From contig OZ176050.1 in NCBI GenBank assembly GCA_964247055.1, positions 7,192,001-7,256,000 of the forward strand: a stretch of DNA of 64,000 bases, in the 5' to 3' direction. This DNA is from Paragordius varius (Eukaryota > Animalia > Nematomorpha). This document shows positions 46,737 through 56,631 of the stretch, piece after piece. How positions within the stretch are numbered: the first letter of the stretch is position 1; the number at the start of each line of letters is the position of its first letter. The position numbers were made by a program, and so were the translations under genes. The notes beneath the pieces are model-generated. The model made no database searches and had not been told where the DNA came from. It saw nothing but the letters and a program-made list of their open reading frames with translations.

Positions 46737-49700
46737 ATGGACGAAATTTCCAAAATCAGTATTAACGAATACGATCCAAACACTAATTTTAAACAATACT
46801 TAAAGCACGTGAATCGTATCTTAATCGCTAAAAACATTAATCCAAATGATGAAATATTAAAAAACTTATTCCTGGCCTATGCAGGACTACGCACAATCTC
46901 TAAACTGGAAAACCAAGCGTTTCCTACGAAAATAGAGGAGATGACATGGGCTCAAATTCAAAAATTGGCAATGCAAATCTTTGCCCCGGACAAAAGCATA
47001 TGGCTGAGTCGTAAAGAATTCTTTAAAACAACCAGACAAGAAGGCGAACCAATCATGAGTTATATGGAAAGATTAAAAGTACTAGCTGACGATTGTGATT
47101 TCGAAGGCAATATCTCATACTTATTAAGAGATGTTTTCTTGATAGGACTAAATATGCCAATCCTAGAACGGGAATTACATATAAGATTCCCCACGGGCCA
47201 AAATGAAGGCGAACCAGTGTCACTACAAATGGTAATTGATATGGCGCATTCCCTCGAAGTGATTGAACCGAAGGTGCTGAAAATCCGCCAAGAAAGAACC
47301 ATACACCAAAGAGACTGCCAAAGATGTGGGAAATGTCATGCAATCGATAAATGCAGTGCAAAGGGTCAACGATGCTATAAGTGCGGAAAATACAACCATT
47401 TTGCAAAGTATTGCCGAACCAAATATCCCACCAAACCAGGTATTCGGGCAGTGACAAATTCAACGGGGATGGGCCCAACGATAACAGTGCAACTTAACGG
47501 AATAGAAACATCAATGTTGTTTGACACCGGTGCGGATGTGACAGTTATCAATGAGAGATGCTGGAAATCAACAGGGCAACCACGACTGGAGGTAGGACAA
47601 AGACTATCCACATACAATAATGAAACTATCCCAACCATGGGTAAAACAGAATTGCGCGTAACAATGAACGGTATGACAAAAACCCTTGAATGTTTTGTAA
47701 CCGAGGGAGATCGGCCATTAATTTTTGGTCTCCCTTGGATCCGTGCATTTGCTTTAAATTTACCAGATAATGTGGTGATCAATAATATAACTAATAAATC
47801 TATATATAACCAGTATAATAGGTTGTTCTCGGACGGGTTAGGCTGTCTTAAGGATATGGAGGTATCGATTGCGATAAAAAATAATGCAACACCCAAAATA
47901 TACCCTTGCAGGAGAGTTCCCCTACCCCTCCAAGAACGTGTGGAAAAGGAACTAGATAGATTGATAAACCTAGGTATCTTGAGAAAAATTGACCCAAATA
48001 GGGAGCGAATATCGTGGGCCACACCAACAGTAAATATATTAAAACCAAATGGCCAAATAAGGATATGTGCGGATTTTCGAATCAGCCTCAATCCTCATTT
48101 GCTACCCGATTCTCATGTAATCCCCACCTTTGATGAACTAATCTCAAGAATAGCTCAAGGGACAGTTTTTACGTCACTAGACCTGAAGGATGCTTACCTG
48201 CAAATTCCCATAAAACAATCATCACAACCACTACTGACCATAACTACCCATCAAGGTTTTTATTGTTACCAACGACTTCCATTTGGGTTGACTACGGCCC
48301 CTCATATATTTCAACGAATCATGGATAATTTGATTGGTGATATACCAGGTATATGTATCTATTTAGATGACATATTAATATCAGGTAAAACAAGAACCGA
48401 ACATGACGCCACATTGACCAGGGTATTGCAACGATTGGAAGCTGCAGGGTTGAAACTGAGCCGAGACAAATTGCAACTTGCCGTTTCATCTGTCAATTAC
48501 ATGGGATATGAAATTTCAAAGAATGGAATTCGTCCCACCAATGACAAAATTCAAGCTTTGATCAATTGTCCGAGACCCACCAATAAGACAGAACTAAGAT
48601 CATTTTTAGGACTGCTAAACTTTCATGAACGATTCATACCAAATCTCCATCAAGCGATATGCAACCTCCACAGAAACACAGGTTCAATTAGACCATGGGC
48701 CTGGACCGAGATAGAAGAAGAGGAGTTCCAATCCGCAAAACAACTAATGATAAATTACAATACATTAATACCGTATAACCCAAATTGGCCAATACTAATA
48801 GAAACAGACGCATCAAACAAGGGATTTGGAGCGATCTTACTACATATTACCCCGGAAGGAAAGCGTCCCATATCATACGCTTCACGCAAATGTACCGATG
48901 CCGAAACCAATTATTCAACAATAGAGAAAGAAGCAAAAGCTATCACGTATGCTATAGAAAAATTTAAACCATTTATATATGGTAGAAAATTCAAAATTAT
49001 AACCGACCACAAACCACTAATCGGGTTATTTGGTCGAACTCGAAATTTACAAAATATTAATAATGCTAAACTTCTTAGATGGATCTATAAAACATCGGGA
49101 TACGACTATGAAATCGAATATAAAAAAGGGCAAAACAACTTAGCCGACGCTCTATCCAGATTACCAAATAATGATAATACCATGGAGGTGCAAAATGAAG
49201 ATGATGAGGTATCACACACGGTAAAATTTTTAACTATGAATAAATTTAATCTAAGTAAAGAGTTAGTGGAGGAGGAGATAAGGTTAGATCCATTGGCAAA
49301 CAAACTTAAATCAGCAATAAGAACAAATGATTGGAGTGATCCAAGTATAAAGGAATTTCTGAAAGTAAAAAATGAGATTCAAATATATTATAATCTTTTA
49401 TTTGTAAATGACAGATTACTAATACCCACATCTTTGCAGCGGGACGTAATGAAATTCCTACATACTGGACATAACGGAGCGCAATCGATGAAACAACAAG
49501 CAAGACAATCCATATATTGGCCAAACTTAGAAAAAGATTTAGAAAATTTTGTAGAAACATGTGAACCGTGTCAAAGAAACAAGCCTAATATAAAGGAAAA
49601 TCCAACGTGGAAATGGAATTTCAACACCGCGTTGTGGGAGAGAATTCACATCGACATAGCCGGCCCCATAGATGGTTATTTTTGGTTAGTTACCATTGAT

Positions 49701-50540
49701 AGCGCTTCAAGATGGGTTGAGGTGGATCTACTCAAATCGATAACCTCACAACAATTATTGAATTGTTTAGAAAAACACATGGCCAGATTTGGTTTTCCGA
49801 GACAGATAGTCACTGATAATGGGCCATACTTTACATCCCATGAATTTAGAAGTACCTTACATAATCTTAATATAAAACATATTTTAGTGAGTCCATACCA
49901 TCCCAAGTCCAATGGATTGGTTGAAAGATGTATTGCAACCCTCAAATTCAGATATAGAGCTACGAAAACGCAAACAATGCATGCCCACGAGGCAATCAAC
50001 ACGATTTTATATGGCTATCGAAACTCAACACACAGTGCCATTATGAATACACCATCACAAGTCTTTCTGAAGAGACACCCAAATGGTCCGATGTCATGGC
50101 TCAAAACACAAACAACTGAGTTTATCGATAATGAAATAGAACCGACTCGCCAGTTCGTTCCAAGAGAGAAGGTTTTTATAAAAAATGAAATCGAAAAAGG
50201 ATGGAGGGCAGGGGAAATATTAGAACGCCGGGGTCCATTATCATATATGGTAACAGACGAAACAGACATAGTTCTTAGAAAACACGCTGATCAATTAAAA
50301 CAAAGAATGGAATGTCCGAGAACAACCACGCCAGCGCCCGAAACACCAATTAATTCCGAAGAATATACCTCTACTCCACCAGATCTCGAAGCCATAAGCA
50401 ATAATATACAACCATCGCCGATAGGCATAACCACACAGGATAATAACGTAGCTCCAACAACGAATATAGACATGCCTAAACCCAGGTACCCACAACGCCA
50501 GCGAAAACCCCCAGACCGCTTTACTATAGGGGGAAGATAA
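46737..50540 (+). CDS. Gag-Pol polyprotein (gag, CCHC knuckle, protease, RT, RNase H, integrase)
   Basis: CYKCGKYNHFAKYC knuckle, LFDTGADV protease, YLDDILI RT, ETDAS RNase H, HHCC zinc finger, HIDIAG...TDNG...VER integrase triad; order PR-RT-RH-IN; first ATG at 46737. Confidence 0.96.
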   Translation: MDEISKISINEYDPNTNFKQYLKHVNRILIAKNINPNDEILKNLFLAYAGLRTISKLENQAFPTKIEEMTWAQIQKLAMQIFAPDKSIWLSRKEFFKTTRQEGEPIMSYMERLKVLADDCDFEGNISYLLRDVFLIGLNMPILERELHIRFPTGQNEGEPVSLQMVIDMAHSLEVIEPKVLKIRQERTIHQRDCQRCGKCHAIDKCSAKGQRCYKCGKYNHFAKYCRTKYPTKPGIRAVTNSTGMGPTITVQLNGIETSMLFDTGADVTVINERCWKSTGQPRLEVGQRLSTYNNETIPTMGKTELRVTMNGMTKTLECFVTEGDRPLIFGLPWIRAFALNLPDNVVINNITNKSIYNQYNRLFSDGLGCLKDMEVSIAIKNNATPKIYPCRRVPLPLQERVEKELDRLINLGILRKIDPNRERISWATPTVNILKPNGQIRICADFRISLNPHLLPDSHVIPTFDELISRIAQGTVFTSLDLKDAYLQIPIKQSSQPLLTITTHQGFYCYQRLPFGLTTAPHIFQRIMDNLIGDIPGICIYLDDILISGKTRTEHDATLTRVLQRLEAAGLKLSRDKLQLAVSSVNYMGYEISKNGIRPTNDKIQALINCPRPTNKTELRSFLGLLNFHERFIPNLHQAICNLHRNTGSIRPWAWTEIEEEEFQSAKQLMINYNTLIPYNPNWPILIETDASNKGFGAILLHITPEGKRPISYASRKCTDAETNYSTIEKEAKAITYAIEKFKPFIYGRKFKIITDHKPLIGLFGRTRNLQNINNAKLLRWIYKTSGYDYEIEYKKGQNNLADALSRLPNNDNTMEVQNEDDEVSHTVKFLTMNKFNLSKELVEEEIRLDPLANKLKSAIRTNDWSDPSIKEFLKVKNEIQIYYNLLFVNDRLLIPTSLQRDVMKFLHTGHNGAQSMKQQARQSIYWPNLEKDLENFVETCEPCQRNKPNIKENPTWKWNFNTALWERIHIDIAGPIDGYFWLVTIDSASRWVEVDLLKSITSQQLLNCLEKHMARFGFPRQIVTDNGPYFTSHEFRSTLHNLNIKHILVSPYHPKSNGLVERCIATLKFRYRATKTQTMHAHEAINTILYGYRNSTHSAIMNTPSQVFLKRHPNGPMSWLKTQTTEFIDNEIEPTRQFVPREKVFIKNEIEKGWRAGEILERRGPLSYMVTDETDIVLRKHADQLKQRMECPRTTTPAPETPINSEEYTSTPPDLEAISNNIQPSPIGITTQDNNVAPTTNIDMPKPRYPQRQRKPPDRFTIGGR
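50528..50537 (+). promoter_or_regulatory. Polypurine tract
   Basis: AGGGGGAAGA three bases before the 3' LTR. Confidence 0.85.
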
Positions 50541-50867
50541 TGTTAATTGGTTATAACCTTAAGTTATATTATTATTATTTATTATATAATTTATATGACA
50601 TTGTATGTACAAGTATTCTAATTATAGTTGCCAACTTGATAACCTTAAATTATACGACATTGTATTTAATAAGTAATCTAATGACTATTATATATATGGA
50701 TATTTTATATGACATTGTATTTGATACAAATAGTATTCTAATTTATTATTGTAATTTATCCTTGCTAAAATATATAAATACACCTATACCAACACTGAGC
50801 CATCAGTTAATAAATGTACTTAATTTGAGTTATTAATTCATATGTCGTCTCTATTCTAAACGCATTA
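50541..50867 (+). repeat. 3' LTR, 327 bp
   Basis: Direct repeat of 46398-46724. Confidence 0.95.
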
Positions 50868-51052
50868 AATATATTATTTATTATACTAATATTTTAGTTT
50901 TATTACTTGCCAACATTATTAAAAAGCCAAATTAATACCACAAATCGGTAGCTTAAAAGACAAATTGATACCACTAATCGGTACCTTACACGTTTATTCG
51001 AGAAAATTAAGGTAATATAATATTTATTATACAAATAGTAGTTTATAAATAA

Positions 51053-52892
51053 ATGCACAAAAAGAGGTTGTAAATTCAACGATGAATTAATGAAAGATTT
51101 TCCTTTTATCAAAATAACGAAGAATGAACATCTGTTAAATGTCTTATATTCGAGGGGGAGTTCACCCTAGCACATGGCGGCAAGCATGATATTACAAAGC
51201 ATATGGAAACACAGAAACATAAAAAATGTTTAAATATGGCGGCATCATCTTACAAAATGATCGATTTTTTTTCGAAAAACCGCTTTTGGAGAGGAAGAAA
51301 AGAATTTGGCACTAGCTGAGGGCGTGTTATCCTTTCAGCCGTTAATTACAATCATTCCTTTAGATCTATGGACTGTACCACACAGGTTATTCGCACGTTA
51401 TTCCATAAAAAATCTACATGTGCCCGTACAAAGGCTGCCATTGTATGCAATGTCCTTTCGCCACATGCATTTTCTGAAATACAAAAAGATTGCTGAAAAT
51501 TAATTTCTTATCCCTATACTCTGATGCATCAAAAGACCATGAAACAAAATTATTTCCCACTTTAATAAGATATTTTGATTCAGAAACCGGAGTAAAAATT
51601 AAAAATTTTAGATTTAATTTCTCTACCCGGTGAAAATTCCGAAATAATATTTACTTCAATAATGCATATTCTAGAAAAAAATAATTTAAAAGACAAAATT
51701 ATCGCATATTGCGCTGACAACACCAATGCGAACTTCGGTGGAAAAGCAAGGAGGGGAACGAATAATATTCATAAATTAGCAGATAATCTTAATCAAAACA
51801 TTATTGGCGTTGGGTGTGCAGCGCATATAATACACAACGCTATTCAAACAGTGGCTGATTTGTTACGCCTAGATGTGGAAATGTAGTTGTTAAAATATAT
51901 TCCTATTTTTATATATACACGGTAGAAACGCTTAAAGAATTCCGTGAAAATGCAGAAGCTCAATATCAAAAAATGCTCGGATATTGTAAAACTCGTTGGT
52001 TAGCTTTGATGCCAGCCGAAAGAATTATAAAAATGTATGATCCTTTAAAATCTTTTTTTTATCACAGGACAAATGTCCTACAACTTTAAAAAAGTTTTTG
52101 AAAGTGATTCTTCAAAAATATGGTTAGAATTCTTACATAATCAAGCTTCTCTCTTTCAAAATGTTATTAAATTAATAGAAGGTGATAAAATTTCGGCTAT
52201 CGAAGTAGCCTATGAAGTTAGTAACCTAATCCAATGTCAAGAACGGTTAGAAAATGATTTTATACCATTAATCATCCGCAATATAATAAATAATTTAGAA
52301 AATCAAGGCTTAATAAATCGCCAAGATATCCTCTACCATATAAAAATGTTCAATACAAACTGTAAAGATTATTTGGAAGACTGGACCACGCAATTCAATG
52401 AAATTGATCATTTTCATTAACATTAAAATCAGAATTTAATTGGTGCGATGTTCAAAAATCATTTGATTATATCTGCTCCCAAAAATTCTCAAAAAGTAAT
52501 CTTTCAGAAAATGATCTTTTTTCTGAAGTATTATAAAGATATATTAATGATGAAAAACTTAAATTATGGACAAAAGAAAAATATACAGTAGAAAAGAAAT
52601 GGTTGGAAATATTTCATCATTTTGAAGCCAACTATATTACATACAATAATATTTTAAAAATTGTGGAATTCGCACTATCTTTACCTGGAACCAACGCTGC
52701 TACTGAGCGCGTTTTTTCCACAGTAAATCAGGTGTGGACATCGGAAAAATCAAATTTAAATGTTAAAACTTTAAGGGCCGTTTTATCTGTCAAATATAAT
52801 TTGACAAATTATTGTGAAGACTTCTGCAATATTTTAAAAAATGATGAATCTGCTAAAACGCATTCATTCAAACAAAAATTATACCAAAGAAT
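51053..52892 (+). pseudogene. hAT transposase pseudogene with multiple frameshifts and stops
   Basis: Fragments FTLAHGGKHDITKHMETQKH, AYCADNTNANFGG, GVGCAAHIIHNA, TRWL, and dimerisation-like FALSLPGTNAATERVFS. Confidence 0.88.
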
Positions 52893-52993
52893 AAAATATT
52901 TTCTTATATTTATTAAATTTTTATGTTAAATAAACAAAATTACATAAAATATTGTATAAGTCTTCATAATTTGTCAAATTATATTTGAACACA

Positions 52994-53695
52994 TAAAATG
53001 GCTTTTATTCAACATTTAAATTTGATTCCGCGTCCTTACTTAATTTACTGTAAAAATACGCGTTCAATAGCAGTGGTTCAGGTAAAGATAATGCAAATTC
53101 TACAATTAAAATATTATTGTATGGAACATAATTTGTTTAAAAATGATTATTTTAACCATTTCTATCCTACGTATTTTTTCTGTTGTCCATAATATAAGTT
53201 TTCATTCAATATATTCATTTAATAATGAGACTTCATAAAAAAGTGTCATATTGCACGGTCTTGTCTTCCAAATAATCGTTTTTGTTTGTATAAAACATTT
53301 TTATATTCTGGCTATTCATGAGCCTTGTTTTTCTGGATGCTTTATAATATTGCGATTAGGTAATAGTATAAAATTATTTTCTAACCTTTTTTGACTTGGA
53401 ATTTTGACCTTTGTCCTGTGATAAAAAATAGGATTCTAGGAGATCACATTTTTATAAATATTTCAATCGCTGGCAAAAGAGCTAACCAACTCTACAATAT
53501 CCAAGCGTTTTACATCAATATTTTCTACATCCAGGGGTAAAAAATCAGTAGCTGTTTGAATAGCGTGGTGTATCTGCCAATAATGTTTTGATTAAGATTA
53601 TTCGCTAAATTGTTAAAAATATGTTTTGTGCCGCTTCTTGCATCACCCAGCGCACTTTGTGATGATTTCGTCTTTATTATTTTTTTCTAGAATAT
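52994..53695 (-). pseudogene. Inverted, deletion-riddled second copy of the transposase region (about 51665-52790)
   Basis: Reverse complement shares colinear blocks ATATTCTAGAAAAAAATAAT, AATCTTAATCAAAACATTATTGGC, GGTTAGAAAAT.ATTTTATAC, GATTATTTGGAAGAC, CATACAATAATATTTT, AATCAAATTTAAATGTT. Confidence 0.85.
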
Positions 53696-54051
53696 TACAA
53701 TCACTTAACCCTTTGTTCGTGCACATTTAAATTTATTGAATAAGGTACAAACAACCTGTAAGGTACAAATTTTTTTATATTTATAATGTATTTGTGTTAA
53801 AAATAATTACAATAAAATTTTTGTATAAAAATTTTTGGTTGTACCCCCCAATGACCCCCCTTCTCAGATTTGTCCCGCTTTTTCCTTCAAAAAATCTGGT
53901 CAGCTTAATTATGCCCCAAATTGAGAAAGAAAAAATTAACATTTTTTGGAATTTGCTCTTTCTTATAATATCAATTTTAAATTTAAAGAATTTTAACATA
54001 ATGGGCGGCTTAGAGCAAGTAATATATATATAGAGTAAAAAAAATTAATAA

Positions 54052-54362
54052 TAATTTTATCCTTATATCTGAAACTTTGGTGATTTAAAGCAAATATTTG
54101 AAGGTAGGTTCCATGATTGATAACAGGCTGAGGTTAAGAAAGGTAGGCACTGAAGACAAAGTGGCGAGATATAAATAAGGATAATACCAAAGGAGAGTTT
54201 GATCAAGATTGAAGGTCATGATCACTCATAAATGTGTGATTTTTTACGTTTTATTTATAATTACATACCTATTCATTAGAAATTAAAAAATTTTGAAATC
54301 CGGCGCTCCTTTAACTATAGCGCTCGGTCAGCTCCCATTTCCCCCCTCTAGCTACGCCACTG
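54052..54362 (+). repeat. Right outer inverted arm (ends GCTACGCCACTG)
   Basis: Inverted counterpart of 45631-45925; directly homologous to 3480-3647. Confidence 0.7.
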
Positions 54363-55906
54363 AACACAAAATATCCCGGGGGGCCAATCCAAATTTTAAA
54401 GGACTTAATTTTTATTCATACATCAATGCGCCGACTATGGTCGAGCCTTTTTTAATTAGTCCCTCAGTCAAACCTGTACAAATAGGGTTTCAAAAAATAA
54501 ATGTCTTTACAGACCGTGTCTTTGAGACAATCCAAAATGTGTTTAGGCCTATTACCGATTTCTTATAGTTTTTATTATTTTTTTACCAATGTGCCCACAA
54601 ATTTTAAATTAGCCTCTTTATAGCTGCTCTCACTTCGCAAAGTGATATTCACAAAATATAGGTCCCATAAAAATATTTTTTTAAATATTTTTTTGCCCAA
54701 GTTATGATAGTTTTCCTAATCAATAAAAGTTTTAGGTGTTGCCAATATAAAGAAAATTTTAGCCCAGTTTTTTCAATAAGCTGCCGGGGACTTTAGAATG
54801 TGTATAAGGCGCCATCATAGATTAACTTAACTATGGAGCTAATTTTCGCCCAAATACAAATCTTAATTAGTCAAATATGTATCTTAAATGTATTAAATGA
54901 TAAGAATTTTACTTGCAGAAAAAGTATGTTTAAAGTTCCAAAATATATTTACTAAGCTGCTTTATAAAAAAGGCAATAAAAATATTTGATTTTAAATATC
55001 ATATATGTTTTTTGAGCACGTTATATTTATACATATAGTCCCAAAATTATTTGATTCTTTTATTTCTAATATTCATCTTGTCTATTTACAAAAATCGTGG
55101 TAAATTATGCTGATATAATTTAATTTCGTTTGAATTATACCAAAAATTTTCTTATATGTGTTTTTTTTGCGTGAATTCTAAAAACGAGTGCCCAACACAA
55201 ATGCCTTCGAGAGCGGCATTTGTTTATATATATAAATATTTATATATAGGGCATTTATAAATAATTTGTATTTTACACGTAAGAGTTTTAAATACAAACC
55301 TAATATCATATTTTTTATAGTTTCCGCCATTTGAATCGACCTTTTTAGAATTGTTTAAGGTTTATCAATTTTGAAGATTTTGGTAGCCTATTTTTGCAAA
55401 TTATGAGTTTCTAAATCGTACACGAGCTGCACATACTCTAAAAGGGCCGCATGTTAGACATTCCTGATTTAAAGTTAATTCTAGTGTGAGGAATTCACCA
55501 TTTTCTAATCTCAAAACATTAAATAATTAACCTACTCTTAAAGCAGTGTCATCAACCTAATTTTTTGTTTACATGGTCATAGACGATACGATTAGTTTAC
55601 AACCAACAATTTCATGTGTTCATTGCTAATTACAAAAACAATTTCAATATTTTGTTAAAGATCACAATAAACAATTTTGCAATTACTTAGATGACCACCA
55701 AACATTTTTTTAACGCTAGAAATGCGTAGTTACATTAAATTAAAAATAAATTATCATATGAGCTTTTAAATTGTTGTCTGTTCCAACAACCTAAGTTGTA
55801 AATATGGTTTAAAAAGCAGGATAACCGATTAATATTTTACATTGCTGTAATTTTTATCTTACGTTGTGTGTCCATTCTTTAGTTTTTAAACGTATAAAGA
55901 AATTCA

Positions 55907-56326
55907 ATGACTCGTCCCATTTTTATTAGCATTTTGGTCTACTTTTTTGTCTTAGCATTCCAAGACACCAGCGCACGTTTAATTCCACCCCCACCTATTC
56001 CACCACCAACCCTGCTTCGCTCAAACAATTTGGAGAAGGCTGTCAATAATGATTTTTCCCTCGAACATCATTTAAATCATAGACTTAAAGAACACCAAGG
56101 TCATCATGATCACGAAAAAGAGTTGGGGAAGCACCATAATCAACACCATTTATATGGCCGACAATATTCACCAGAGTTACATCCCTTCTTGCTAGATCCA
56201 AGTTTCTTTGAATTTTTCTTGGGACCTTTTTCGCCAGCTTTCCAACAAATCCGAGATTTGTATGGGATTGATGCTTTTAACGGGGCACCCGTAGTTTATA
56301 CGGAGAAACGAGAAATTTTCCCATGA
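55907..56326 (+). CDS. Intronless, putatively secreted Pro/His-rich protein, 139 aa, unknown family
   Basis: Clean ATG-to-TGA ORF, more GC-rich than its flanks; hydrophobic signal peptide (IFISILVYFFVLA...TSA); IPPPPIPPP; His-rich block; AATAAA at 56427. Confidence 0.75.
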   Translation: MTRPIFISILVYFFVLAFQDTSARLIPPPPIPPPTLLRSNNLEKAVNNDFSLEHHLNHRLKEHQGHHDHEKELGKHHNQHHLYGRQYSPELHPFLLDPSFFEFFLGPFSPAFQQIRDLYGIDAFNGAPVVYTEKREIFP

Positions 56327-56631
56327 GCCAAAAACGCTAAACTTGGTTAATCATCATTATAACAACTTTAAATGGCACGCTTGTTTTTTAACCGTCTTTT
56401 ATGTGTTTTGTATATTTTTATTTGTTAATAAAAGTCAAAGATATTTATTTATAATCAAAATTTGATATGTATATGTGTGATTGCAAAAAATATTGAATCA
56501 AATTACAAAGTATCCATTTTATTTGGCATATTATCAATCATATTTTGTATATTTCAGATATATAACTAGAAATAAATATAATTGCAGTTTTAACTTATTA
56601 TTACTCTAAAAAAGTAGGTATATTAGCTCTT

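Larger units (their letters stand above)
46398..50867 (+). mobile_element. Full-length Ty3/gypsy (Mag-like) LTR retrotransposon
   Basis: Two 327-bp LTRs, 5-bp TSD AATAT (46393-46397, 50868-50872), PBS, PPT and one uninterrupted gag-pol ORF. Confidence 0.96.
46011..53907 (+). mobile_element. hAT DNA transposon (Blackjack-like), defective, interrupted by an LTR element
   Basis: TIRs TAAGGTGACCAGA / TCTGGTCAGCTTA with subterminal TGTCCCG/CGGGACA motifs; direct flanking repeat ATTATG (46005-46010, 53908-53913); internal hAT transposase remnants. Confidence 0.85.

Noticed and set aside
47053-50495. Antisense ORFs inside gag-pol, including the 238-aa one
   Set aside because: Expected shadows of a long sense ORF; no recognisable motifs.
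46397-50836. Two identical 98-aa ORFs (46397-46693, 50540-50836)
   Set aside because: Chance AT-rich frames within the LTRs, with non-ATG or stop-overlapping starts.
45631-54362. Whole region as one giant palindrome or one TSD-bounded composite transposon
   Set aside because: The hAT flanks are direct, not inverted, repeats, its right end is a distinct right-end sequence, and the outer arms lack a TSD (ATCCCTTT vs AACACAAA).
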